The notes under the pieces are model-generated. The model saw nothing but the letters and a program-made list of their open reading frames with translations, was not told the DNA's origin and did no database searches. From Candidatus Eiseniibacteriota bacterium (GTDB lineage: Bacteria; Eisenbacteria; RBG-16-71-46): DNA of 64,000 bases. A program made the translations under genes and the position numbers. Position 1 is the stretch's first letter; each line of letters starts with the position of its first letter. The DNA lies in the NCBI GenBank assembly GCA_963717505.1, contig OY970342.1, forward strand, positions 800,001 through 864,000, in the 5' to 3' direction. Below are positions 52,408 to 61,588 of this stretch, piece by piece.

Positions 52408-52608
52408 TGTCCTAGCTCCCGGACCTACGATGCGGGGTGAGTGAGTGTGCGGCCTTCATTACTCCACCTTGGGTGCAACCGCGGCGCCTCGTGGGGGGCC
52501 GGACGAGCGCCAGTCGGGGGATCATACTGTCCGTCTTGAGCCTTGAATAGACCCCTTCTCACCCCCACTACTCCGGTTCCCCGGAATGGTTGAAGCCGCC
52601 AGCCCAGA

Positions 52609-55600
52609 TCAGCGAATGAGAAGGGCCCGCCCCACCCTCGATTCACCGCCAGCCCGAACCCTCACGATGTAGAACCCCGCCGGCGCCGGGCCCCCCTCGT
52701 CGGTCCTGCCGTCCCACACGACACTATGTGGGCCGGCTTCGAACGGGGCGTGACGAAGGGGCGTGGCCACCCGCTGGCCTTGCACATTGAACACTTCGAC
52801 GTCCACCCGCCCGGCGCGGGGTAGCCCGAATCGAACTAGCGACGCCCACTGGAACGGGTTGGGCGTGGGTGGATCCAGGACGAGCCGGGCCGGGATCTCC
52901 GCCGCGGAGGCGGTGTGCGTCTCGACGTACTCGGGTGTGCCCGCGACGATGTCGAGGCGGTAGGGACGACTGCCGGAGGAAACGATCACATGCCGCAAGA
53001 CGATTCCACCGTTCTCTGATGTGAGTGGGTCGATCGGAATATTTCGTTCCCGATCGTGAAGGCGGATCGTGAACACGGGTGAGGGCTGAAGGCCCGAGAT
53101 CTCGAGCGTGACGGGTTCTCCAGCCGTACTGCTGCGCACCTCGATCTCCCACGTCTGGCCTTCCGCTCCTTGGCTACGTAGGTCGCGCCGGTACGGACCC
53201 GACCATTCGCCCCAATCGGCGTGAACGAACGCCGCCTGGACCCACGATCCGGGTGGCGGTGGGGGCTCGGGCTGGTCGAGCAGGTCGAAGCCATCGACGG
53301 CATCGGTGTGGAGCCCGAGGACGTTGGACCCGTCCACAGCGACGGGGGTCAATGCCCGGAGCTGAAGGCTCCACGTTCCTTCCGGCACCTGGGTCGCTGG
53401 GGTGCTTGTGCCCGCTGCGGCCGTCCCCCGAGTAGGAAGTCGAGACGCCTCGCGCGGCGGTACCCACAGGGTCGCGGGTCCGGCCGCTTTGACGAAGTAG
53501 CCTTCGAAGGGTTCGAGGATCAAAACGCTGTCCCTATAGTCACCGAGTGAGGGATCGAACGCGACCGGGTCGCCGACCATGAGGGAATCCCTGCGCACGT
53601 CCGCCCAGGCCACCGGAAAGTCGAACGGATTTCCGAATTGATTCCATCCCGGAGCCAGGGGAATCGCGCGCTCGCGCCTGGTCGTCGTGGAATACCCGGA
53701 GAGGGGTTTCGTGTCGATGCGATGGGGCTCACGGCTGATGAGCCAGAACGCGCGCCCGGGCTCGGGCCGGAAGCGACTTGCCTCGGCGGCCGAGAACTCG
53801 ATGTTGCTTTCGCTGACTGGGTCGTACACAAACGAGCGCCAGCGCACGGGGTCGTAGGTGCCCAACTGGTCCGTCAGGAGCGCATCCAAACTGCCTGCGA
53901 AGTCGGAGCCAAAATCGAGGGGCACGCTGAGGATGCGGTACCGGCCGCCCGAGCGTGTGTGTTCTTCCGCCAGGTCCTGCACCTTCGTTCGCACGGTGTC
54001 GAATCCGCCCGCATCATCGGGATAGTGCAGCGTGTCCCTGAGGGTCATCACCTCGATGCGGTACTCGACTCCGCGTGGACCCACCGCCCGTGCGGGGATG
54101 AAGCCGACCGGGCGGCCCAGGAAGCCATGAGGCGCCAGCGAGTCGGATTCGAACCCCGACTCGCCGCCACGGCGGAAGTGGATCATCCCGGATTCAAAGA
54201 TCGCGCCTTCAGGCAACACGATCTCGACCTCGATATCGCGATTGGCCAGGAAATCCGATCCTGGCGTCGGACGTGGCACCGCATACATCGTGTCGGGCGG
54301 AGCAACCGCCTGCGTGAAAACAGAGTCCGGCGCGGTCGGTGGTGGTTGCCTTGCCGTGGAGTCGCTGTTCTCGACCCAGACGTAGTACTCGATACCGTAC
54401 TCGGTCACCTTCTGCGCAGGGATCGCCGCAATGAGGTCCTGCGCGAGCACGGTGAGCATCTCCGCATCGAACGCACCCCCGCCGCGCGCAGCTCTGAAGA
54501 ACAAGGTGCCACGCTCGACATGAACATCCCGCCTAGGCGTGACGACCACCACGATCGGCTTGCCAAGGGGAACTTCACGGGGCTCGCCCAGCACTCGGAC
54601 GTCGAATTCGAGCTTGAGCACGTTGGACTTGAGAATCACCTGCCGGCGCGGTTCCAATCGATCATTGCAGAGGATCACGATACTGTCCTGCGCTTGCAGA
54701 GGCGCCCTCGCCGCCAGGACCAGGGTTTCCACGACCGACTCGTTCCACGCCAGCTCGAAGGGCGCAGGCGGCCCGACTCGCAGCCCGGCCGAATCTCCGG
54801 TCGACGTCTTCGGCAGGAGAAAGCCCGTGACCTGAAGGGGCTCGAGCCCGCCGTTGGAGATCTGGAGCAGCGCCGAGACGGTGTCCCCCACGGTGACCGT
54901 CTTCAGCTCGATCTCGCCGGAAACCCGAATCACCGGGCGCAATGGACTCCACTCCATGGCCGAACGCAGGGAGAACGCCCAGGTCTGGAGGGAGTCGTCG
55001 CGGTTGCCGCCAAAGATCACCGCCCGGTCGTACGCAATATCGAGAACCGCGGTCAGGAATCTTCGTCGGCTGCCTGAGTTACCCATGTTGAGAATGGGAG
55101 ACCACGACGTGTCCGCAAACGTGAGCTCCCAAACGTCACTCCGGTATGGGTCGGAGGAGTAGCCGCCGCAAACGATCATTCGATCCCGAAGCGAATCGTA
55201 GAGGGCGGCGTGACCGTAGCGAACAAGTTGAGTGGGCCACGGCGGGACCAGCTCCCTCCATACCGATGTGTCCCCGAATGACAGCGCCCAGGTATCGTTG
55301 GGGGTCCAAGAGGTACCACCGAACACGATCATGCGGTCGCGGACGGGGTCGTAGATCGCGGAATGGCCGAGCCGCGGGGGGGGCAGTGGCCTCGAGATCG
55401 GGGGCTGCTCCCACTGCGGCGTCGGGGGAGCGAGACTAAGGCACCAAACATCCTCGAGCCCTGAGTTGGGATCGCCGCCACCGTAGATCACCACACGATC
55501 ACGGAGCGGGTCGTAGATTGCCGTGTGATAGACGCGCGCCTGCGGCTTGGGACCGGACGTGACTAGGCTGTCCCACGTGGGCGGATCCGACAGCGACAGG

Positions 55601-55956
55601 GTCCAGACATCGTCGAGTGCCTGCTTACCGACCTGACCACCGAAGATGATCATGCGATGGCGGACGGGATCGTACACGGCCGAGTGGCCGAAACGCGCGG
55701 ACGGAAGGGGTCCAGCCGTCACCAGCGTGCTCCAGGCTGGAGAGCGCCCGAGCGTCAGCTGCCATGTGCTGTCCGTGGGCTGGCCCTCGGCCAATCCCCC
55801 GAAAACGATCATGCGCTTACTCACGGGGTCGTAGATGGCCGCGTGGCTTTCGAGCGTCACGGGCTGGCACCAGGCCACGCCTTGCCAGACCATGGCGAGG
55901 ATCGCGGCAAGCTCCAACGCCCGGGGGCGGCGCGGCGATGCGAGTAACGCACACAT
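52609..55956 (-). CDS. Secreted Kelch-repeat (6 blades) and Ig-like protein with C-terminal FlgD-Ig domain
   Basis: Six H(S/T/A)A(V/I)YDP.R.RM(I/V).FGG-type repeats; LAPGWNQFGNPF; tail PNPF...VFNVQGQRV...WDGRTDEG..APAGFY. Confidence 0.88.
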   Translation of the reverse strand: MCALLASPRRPRALELAAILAMVWQGVAWCQPVTLESHAAIYDPVSKRMIVFGGLAEGQPTDSTWQLTLGRSPAWSTLVTAGPLPSARFGHSAVYDPVRHRMIIFGGQVGKQALDDVWTLSLSDPPTWDSLVTSGPKPQARVYHTAIYDPLRDRVVIYGGGDPNSGLEDVWCLSLAPPTPQWEQPPISRPLPPPRLGHSAIYDPVRDRMIVFGGTSWTPNDTWALSFGDTSVWRELVPPWPTQLVRYGHAALYDSLRDRMIVCGGYSSDPYRSDVWELTFADTSWSPILNMGNSGSRRRFLTAVLDIAYDRAVIFGGNRDDSLQTWAFSLRSAMEWSPLRPVIRVSGEIELKTVTVGDTVSALLQISNGGLEPLQVTGFLLPKTSTGDSAGLRVGPPAPFELAWNESVVETLVLAARAPLQAQDSIVILCNDRLEPRRQVILKSNVLKLEFDVRVLGEPREVPLGKPIVVVVTPRRDVHVERGTLFFRAARGGGAFDAEMLTVLAQDLIAAIPAQKVTEYGIEYYVWVENSDSTARQPPPTAPDSVFTQAVAPPDTMYAVPRPTPGSDFLANRDIEVEIVLPEGAIFESGMIHFRRGGESGFESDSLAPHGFLGRPVGFIPARAVGPRGVEYRIEVMTLRDTLHYPDDAGGFDTVRTKVQDLAEEHTRSGGRYRILSVPLDFGSDFAGSLDALLTDQLGTYDPVRWRSFVYDPVSESNIEFSAAEASRFRPEPGRAFWLISREPHRIDTKPLSGYSTTTRRERAIPLAPGWNQFGNPFDFPVAWADVRRDSLMVGDPVAFDPSLGDYRDSVLILEPFEGYFVKAAGPATLWVPPREASRLPTRGTAAAGTSTPATQVPEGTWSLQLRALTPVAVDGSNVLGLHTDAVDGFDLLDQPEPPPPPGSWVQAAFVHADWGEWSGPYRRDLRSQGAEGQTWEIEVRSSTAGEPVTLEISGLQPSPVFTIRLHDRERNIPIDPLTSENGGIVLRHVIVSSGSRPYRLDIVAGTPEYVETHTASAAEIPARLVLDPPTPNPFQWASLVRFGLPRAGRVDVEVFNVQGQRVATPLRHAPFEAGPHSVVWDGRTDEGGPAPAGFYIVRVRAGGESRVGRALLIR

Positions 55957-56030
55957 GGCGCGAGCCTAGCCCTCGGACAAAGGCGCGGGCAACCACCAGG
56001 CCGGGTTGTGTCGAGGGCGACGCGGTTACA

Positions 56031-57122
56031 CTAGTGCAGCCGCTTCCGGCGGTTCCTGACGAAATCCCGGAACACGTAGGCGCCCAGATTGTTGGGGTCG
56101 GTCTCGTAGATGCGCCCGTGGTTGAGCGCGGTCAGGCGCCGCACGAAGTCGAGCAGGGTCGGGTCGGTGGCCAGCATGAACGTGGTGATCGTGATCCGCT
56201 TGCGCCGGCACTGCGAGGCCTCGTCGAGCGTCTTGTTGACGATCTTGGGGTCGAGACCGAACGGGTTCTTGTAGAGCTTCCCGAACTCGCGGATCGCCGA
56301 GGGCTTGCCGTCGGTGATCATGAAGATCTGCTTGTTGACCCCCTTGCGCGCCTCGAGGATCCGGCGCGCGAGCTGGATGCCGGCGCGCGTGTTGGTGTGG
56401 TAGGGCCCAGCCTGGATCTTGAGCAGGTCCTTGAGCGGCACCTGCGCGGCGTCGTCGCCGAACAGCACGACGTCGAGCGAGTCCTTGGGGTAGCGGCTCT
56501 GGATGAGCTGAACCAGGGCGAGCGCGATCTTCTTGGCCGGCGTGATGCGATCCTCGCCGTAGAGGATCATGCTGTGGCTGATGTCGACCATGAGCACGGT
56601 GGCGCAGGCCGAGAGGTTCTCCTGCTCGAACACCGACAGGTCCTCTTCGGTCACCGACAGGTCGTCGACTCCGGAACGCTTGACCGCATTGCTGATGGTG
56701 CCCAGTGGATCGAGATCCGACAGGTTGTCACCGAACTGATAGGCGCGAGTCTCCGACAGGCGTTCGCCACCCTTGCCCGCGTTCGGCGTTCGATGGTCCC
56801 CGGATTGCCCTGCTTCGAGCGTGCTGAAGATCTCGTTCAACGAATCCTGGCGGATGCGCTTCTCGCCTTTGGGCGTCATCTGATACCCACCCGGCGTGCG
56901 CTCAGCTTCACCCGTTTGCTCGAGCAACTTCTTGAAGTCCTCGATCCCGAACTTCTCGTTGAAGAACCCGTACTGCTCGCCGAAGTGCTCCATCCAGCGC
57001 AGCGCTTCGTCGACGTCGCCGCCGGTCTGGAGCAGGATCTGCCGGTACATGTCCATCAACTGCTTGATGAACTCGATGTCTTCGGGCCGGGGGCCGCGCC
57101 ATTTGGTGTAGTCGAAGCGCAT
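56031..57122 (-). CDS. vWA domain protein (partner of the ChlI-like ATPase)
   Basis: MIDAS motif DISHSM, TNT, ITDGKP. Confidence 0.9.
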   Translation of the reverse strand: MRFDYTKWRGPRPEDIEFIKQLMDMYRQILLQTGGDVDEALRWMEHFGEQYGFFNEKFGIEDFKKLLEQTGEAERTPGGYQMTPKGEKRIRQDSLNEIFSTLEAGQSGDHRTPNAGKGGERLSETRAYQFGDNLSDLDPLGTISNAVKRSGVDDLSVTEEDLSVFEQENLSACATVLMVDISHSMILYGEDRITPAKKIALALVQLIQSRYPKDSLDVVLFGDDAAQVPLKDLLKIQAGPYHTNTRAGIQLARRILEARKGVNKQIFMITDGKPSAIREFGKLYKNPFGLDPKIVNKTLDEASQCRRKRITITTFMLATDPTLLDFVRRLTALNHGRIYETDPNNLGAYVFRDFVRNRRKRLH

Positions 57123-57124
57123 GC

Positions 57125-58741
57125 CTAGCTCCTGCGACCCACGGTGGTTTCGGGCGCGCGCGGCGGCGATGCCGGGCGCGTCTGCTCCACGGCCAGCGCC
57201 ACGCGCAGCGCCGTGTTCTCGTCCCAGGGGCGCGCAACCACCTGCACCGCGAGCGGCAGGCTCGACGCGGTCTCGCCGGCCGGAACCACCACGGCGGGCC
57301 AGCCGAGCGCGTTGAACGGCGACGTGAAGCGCACCGACGACGGTACGCCGAGCACCGGCGCCGGCTCCGGCATCGCGGGCAATACCAGCGCGTCCACGCC
57401 GTCGAACACCGAAAGCGCGCGACGCGAGAGACCGGCGCGCGCCTGCCGGGCACGCGCGTAGGACTGCGGCCCGTACGCGAATCCGGCGAGCAGGCGCTGG
57501 CGGCAGAAGTCACCGTAGAGTTCGGGTCGCGAGCGCAGATCGGCCTCGTGGTAGGCCCCGGCCTCGGCGGCGAGGATCGCGTAGTTGACCACGCGCAGCG
57601 CGTCGAATTCGCGCAGCGTGACGTCGCGCAGTGCCGCGCCCGAACGCTCGAGGCTCGCGAGGGTGCGGCGCCAGACCGCAACTGCCTCGCTGCCGGCGAT
57701 CGACTCCACGGCGGGATTCACCAGCACACCCACCTTGAACACGCGCACGCCGCCGGCCAGGTCAGACTGCCAGGTCCTGGGTGCGCGCTGCGTCCGCGGG
57801 TCGCGCGGGTCGGGACCGGCGATCGCTTCGAGCACCAGTGCTGCGTCGGCGACCGTCGTGGTGATCGGTCCGGCGTGATCCAGCGACCAGGCGAGGGGGA
57901 TTGCGCCGTGCAGGCTCACGCGGCCGAAGGTCGGCTTGAGGCCGACCGCGCCGCAGTTCGCCGCCGGAATGCGGATCGAGCCGCCGGTGTCGCTGCCGAT
58001 CGCCGCGAGCGCCATGCCGTCGGCGACCGCAGCACCGGAGCCACTGCTCGAGCCACCCGCGTCGCGCGAGAGATCGTGCGGGTTCGAGGTCGGGCCGAAG
58101 TGCGGGTTGTTCGAGCCGGGCGAATACGCGAACTCGGGCATGCGCGTCTTTCCGACGATCACGGCACCCGCCTGCTGCAGGCGCTCGACCACCGCGGCGT
58201 CGAAGTCGTCCGGACGATCCCGCAGCAGGGAACCGGCGGTGGCCACGGTGCCCGCCATCGCGTACAGGTCCTTGACCGCGATCGGAATGCCGTGCAGCGG
58301 CCCGCGCCAGTCCCGGGAATGGATGGCCAGCTCGGCCCGCTTGGCCGCCAATCGGGCGCGATCGACCAGCACCGTCTGAAACGCGTTCAGCTCGATCTCG
58401 CGAGCCGCGATGCGCGCGAGGCATTGCTCGAGCAGCTCGACCGGAGAGACCGCACCCGAGCGGAGCCGCGGCGCCAGGTCGGCAATCGAGTTGCCGCTCG
58501 TGCCGGCCTCAGCGTCGCGCGCCGGCGGCGCGGCCGGCGGATCCGGCGGGTTCGTGTCGGCCATTTCGGGCACGGTGTCGACCGGCACGCCGGCCACCGC
58601 GGCTTCGAACTCGACCACGTTCGCGAGCATTCCCGATGCCAGGATGCCATCGAGGTCGCTGGCGGACAGCGTGATCCCCACCGCCTGCAGGTTCGCATGC
58701 AGCCGGTCGAGGACGACTCTGGGTGGCCGGTGGTCCTTCAT
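57125..58741 (-). CDS. Amidase signature family enzyme (GatA/AtzE-like)
   Basis: GPLHGIPIAVKD, GKT, GGSSSGSGAAV, GSDTGGSIRIPA. Start 58741 or 58771. Confidence 0.92.
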   Translation of the reverse strand: MKDHRPPRVVLDRLHANLQAVGITLSASDLDGILASGMLANVVEFEAAVAGVPVDTVPEMADTNPPDPPAAPPARDAEAGTSGNSIADLAPRLRSGAVSPVELLEQCLARIAAREIELNAFQTVLVDRARLAAKRAELAIHSRDWRGPLHGIPIAVKDLYAMAGTVATAGSLLRDRPDDFDAAVVERLQQAGAVIVGKTRMPEFAYSPGSNNPHFGPTSNPHDLSRDAGGSSSGSGAAVADGMALAAIGSDTGGSIRIPAANCGAVGLKPTFGRVSLHGAIPLAWSLDHAGPITTTVADAALVLEAIAGPDPRDPRTQRAPRTWQSDLAGGVRVFKVGVLVNPAVESIAGSEAVAVWRRTLASLERSGAALRDVTLREFDALRVVNYAILAAEAGAYHEADLRSRPELYGDFCRQRLLAGFAYGPQSYARARQARAGLSRRALSVFDGVDALVLPAMPEPAPVLGVPSSVRFTSPFNALGWPAVVVPAGETASSLPLAVQVVARPWDENTALRVALAVEQTRPASPPRAPETTVGRRS

Positions 58742-58792
58742 TGGCTCTGGAGCCTCATCTCTGGGCGGCAATCCGTTTGCGCCGGCCCGGGC

Positions 58793-60301
58793 TCAGTCGT
58801 CGCCGAGCCCCGACAACATGCTCTTGAGCATGTCCTTGAAGCTGGTCGCCGCACCATCACTCCGGTCGCGCGACAACATCGAGTGCTGATGCAGGCCTTC
58901 GAGCACCAGCTCCATGGCCACGGCGCGCTCGGCGTCGTGGACCTTCATGTGCCGGCCGACCAGCTCCGGCAGGCCTTTGACCTCGCCCAGCGCATGCGCG
59001 TACTCGTCCTGCGGCATGTCGTCGGTGATCTCGACGTGGTTGCCCGAGGCGAACCACTCGAGGATCGGCCGATACTCCGAGGTCGCCAGCTCGCTCTCGG
59101 CTCCGCCGGCCAGCTCCCCGGCGGCGGCACGCTTCGAGCGGCGCGGCTTGTAGGCGTCCGGGAAGCGCTGGGCGAACAGCGACTTGATGCCGCGGCCCAG
59201 CAGTGCCCGCGCCACGTTGATCGCGCCCTCCTGCTCGCCCTCGAGCACCAGCTCGACCTTGCCGCTGACCGCCGAGACCGCCTGCTGCAGGTCGCATATC
59301 CGCGCCACCACCTGTTTTTCGCCGGTCACCAGCCCGCGGCGTTCGGCGTTCGACACCACGTTCTCGATCAGCGCGATCGGCAAACGCGCCGACACGCCGG
59401 AATTCTGGTCGACGTACTCGCTCTTGCGCGCCTGGATCGCGACCTCCTCGATCAGCTCGCGCAGAAACGCCGGGAGGGTCACGCCGATGCCGCCCCGGTC
59501 GGTCCACGACTCCTGCGCGGTGATCGCCATGCCGTCTTCGCGGCGCTGCGGATAGTGGGTGATGATCTGCGAATTGATGCGGTCGCGCAGCGGCGTGATG
59601 ATGTTGCCGCGGTTCGTGTAGTCCTCGGGGTTCGCCGAGAACACCATCAGCAGATCGAGCGGCATGCGCACCGGGAAACCGCGGATCTGGAAATCCTTCT
59701 CCTCGAGAATGTTGAGCAGGCCGACCTGGATGCGCGGCTGGAGGTCGGGCAGCTCGTTGATCGCGAAGATGCCGCGATTGGTGTGCGGGATGATGCCGTA
59801 GTGGATGACCCGCTCGTCCGAGTAGTCGAGGCGCAGCGTTGCGGCCTTGATCGGATCGATGTCGCCGATCAGGTCGGCGATCGTGACATCGGGGGTCGCC
59901 AGCTTCTCCTGGTAGCGCTGGTCGCGGTGGATCCACACGATCGGGGTCGCCTCGCCGCGGGTCTCGAGCAGGGTTCTCGCGTGATGCGACTGGGGCTGGA
60001 ACGGATCGCTGTTGAGCGGACAGCCGTCGATCGCCGGAATCCACTCGTCGAGGAACTGGACCAGCGAGCGCAACAGACGGGTCTTGGCCTGCCCGCGCAG
60101 GCCGAGCAGGATGAAGTCATGACGCGACAGCAGCGCGTTGACGATCTGCGGCTCGACGGTGTGCTCGTAGCCGACGATGCCCGGGAACAACGGCTGCCGC
60201 GCGCGCAGGCGCGCGATGACGTTGGCGCGCAGCTCGTCGCGCACGGTGCGCGAGTGGTATCCGGCGGCCTTGAGCTCCCCGAGAGTGCCGGGTCGTGACA
60301 T
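58793..60301 (-). CDS. Mg-chelatase ChlI-like AAA+ ATPase
   Basis: GLRGQAKT, EKLATPD..IADLIGDIDP, NELPDL, ANPEDYTNRG. Confidence 0.9.
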   Translation of the reverse strand: MSRPGTLGELKAAGYHSRTVRDELRANVIARLRARQPLFPGIVGYEHTVEPQIVNALLSRHDFILLGLRGQAKTRLLRSLVQFLDEWIPAIDGCPLNSDPFQPQSHHARTLLETRGEATPIVWIHRDQRYQEKLATPDVTIADLIGDIDPIKAATLRLDYSDERVIHYGIIPHTNRGIFAINELPDLQPRIQVGLLNILEEKDFQIRGFPVRMPLDLLMVFSANPEDYTNRGNIITPLRDRINSQIITHYPQRREDGMAITAQESWTDRGGIGVTLPAFLRELIEEVAIQARKSEYVDQNSGVSARLPIALIENVVSNAERRGLVTGEKQVVARICDLQQAVSAVSGKVELVLEGEQEGAINVARALLGRGIKSLFAQRFPDAYKPRRSKRAAAGELAGGAESELATSEYRPILEWFASGNHVEITDDMPQDEYAHALGEVKGLPELVGRHMKVHDAERAVAMELVLEGLHQHSMLSRDRSDGAATSFKDMLKSMLSGLGDD

Positions 60302-60430
60302 GAGTGGGTCTCCAGAGGCGTCGGCGTGGCAGGTGGCGCGGCCGGGCCCTCAGTTTAGGTCGGGTGGGCGGGCCGGGCAACGTCCCCACCGAGTTCAGGA
60401 CTGTCATCGGCACCTGCTAGGTTGCCCAAC

Positions 60431-61579
60431 ATGACTCGCGACCCCGCGTTCGAGGCCGAATGCCGGTCCCTGGTCGACGCGGTCCGCCGGTTCCCCACGC
60501 TCGTGGCACTGCGCGAAAGCCCGGAGTGGCGGGATCTCGGCCCGCGGCTGACGCGCGTCCTCGGCACGGTGCGCCGGACGCCGCCTCCGGCGACGTCCAC
60601 CCCGACGCCGCACCGCGACCACGTCCGCGCCGTCCACTGGAACATCGAGCACGGCAACTGGTACCCGCAGGTCGAACAGGCGCTGCGCGAGAACCCGGCG
60701 CTCGCGGACGCCGATCTGGTGAGCCTGAACGAGATCGATCTCGGCATGGCACGCGCCGGCAATCGTGACGTCGCCGCCGATCTCGCTGCTGCGCTCGGCA
60801 TGTACGGCGCATGGGCGCCGCTGTTCCTCGAGACCACGGTCGGCCGCGACGACGATGCGACCACCGCCGCCGGCCTCGAGAATCACGAGTCGTTGTTCGG
60901 GGTCGCGATCCTGTCGCGCTGGCCGATCGGTGAGGCGCGCATCATCGATCTGCCGAGCCCCGAGCGCTATCAGTTCGACCTCGAGCGCATGTACGGCCGG
61001 CACATCGCGCTGGTCGTGGTCATCGAGCGGCCGGGCGCGCCGTTCGTGGCGGTGACCGTCCACCTCGAGGTGCACCGGACGCGCCGCCACCGGGCCGATC
61101 AGGTGCGCGTGATCACCGAGACACTGGCCGGCGAGAAGCGACCCATCATTCTCGCCGGCGACTTCAACTCGCACACCTTCGATCGCGGACGTCCGTGGGA
61201 CGTCGCCGCCGGTGCGGCGGCACTGCTCCTGAGCCCGGGTGAAACGCTGCGCAACCGCCTGCTCATGCCCGACCGGGGCCCGGCGCGCGAGCCGCTGTTC
61301 GACGAGCTGCGCGCGGCCGGCTTCGAATGGCAGGCCTACGCCGACTACGAATCGACGCTCCAGCTCCGGTTCGACCGCATCGACGAAGTCCGTTTGTTGC
61401 CGGGATTCGTCAGGGGCATGGCCGATCGCGTGCTGGCGTGGGCCGAGCGGCGCGCATCGCTCCGGCTCGATTGGTTCGCCGGGCGCGGCTGGTCGGGCGG
61501 CCGAGGGTTCACCGTCCCGGGAATCCACGGGCCGGGTAAGGCGTCCGACCACGCGCCGATCGTGGCGGAGTTTCGCTGA
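60431..61579 (+). CDS. Endonuclease/exonuclease/phosphatase (EEP) family protein
   Basis: HWNIE, LNEID, AILSRWP, VHL, LAGDFN, LDW, ASDHAPI. Confidence 0.9.
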   Translation: MTRDPAFEAECRSLVDAVRRFPTLVALRESPEWRDLGPRLTRVLGTVRRTPPPATSTPTPHRDHVRAVHWNIEHGNWYPQVEQALRENPALADADLVSLNEIDLGMARAGNRDVAADLAAALGMYGAWAPLFLETTVGRDDDATTAAGLENHESLFGVAILSRWPIGEARIIDLPSPERYQFDLERMYGRHIALVVVIERPGAPFVAVTVHLEVHRTRRHRADQVRVITETLAGEKRPIILAGDFNSHTFDRGRPWDVAAGAAALLLSPGETLRNRLLMPDRGPAREPLFDELRAAGFEWQAYADYESTLQLRFDRIDEVRLLPGFVRGMADRVLAWAERRASLRLDWFAGRGWSGGRGFTVPGIHGPGKASDHAPIVAEFR

Positions 61580-61588
61580 TTGCGGACG

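Noticed and set aside
57548-60298. 916-aa plus-strand ORF
   Set aside because: Antisense shadow of the amidase and ATPase genes.
58793-60301. Chlorophyll/cobalamin chelatase function
   Set aside because: No chlH/cobN or tetrapyrrole genes nearby; it matches the widespread ChlI-like ATPase/vWA pair of unknown function.
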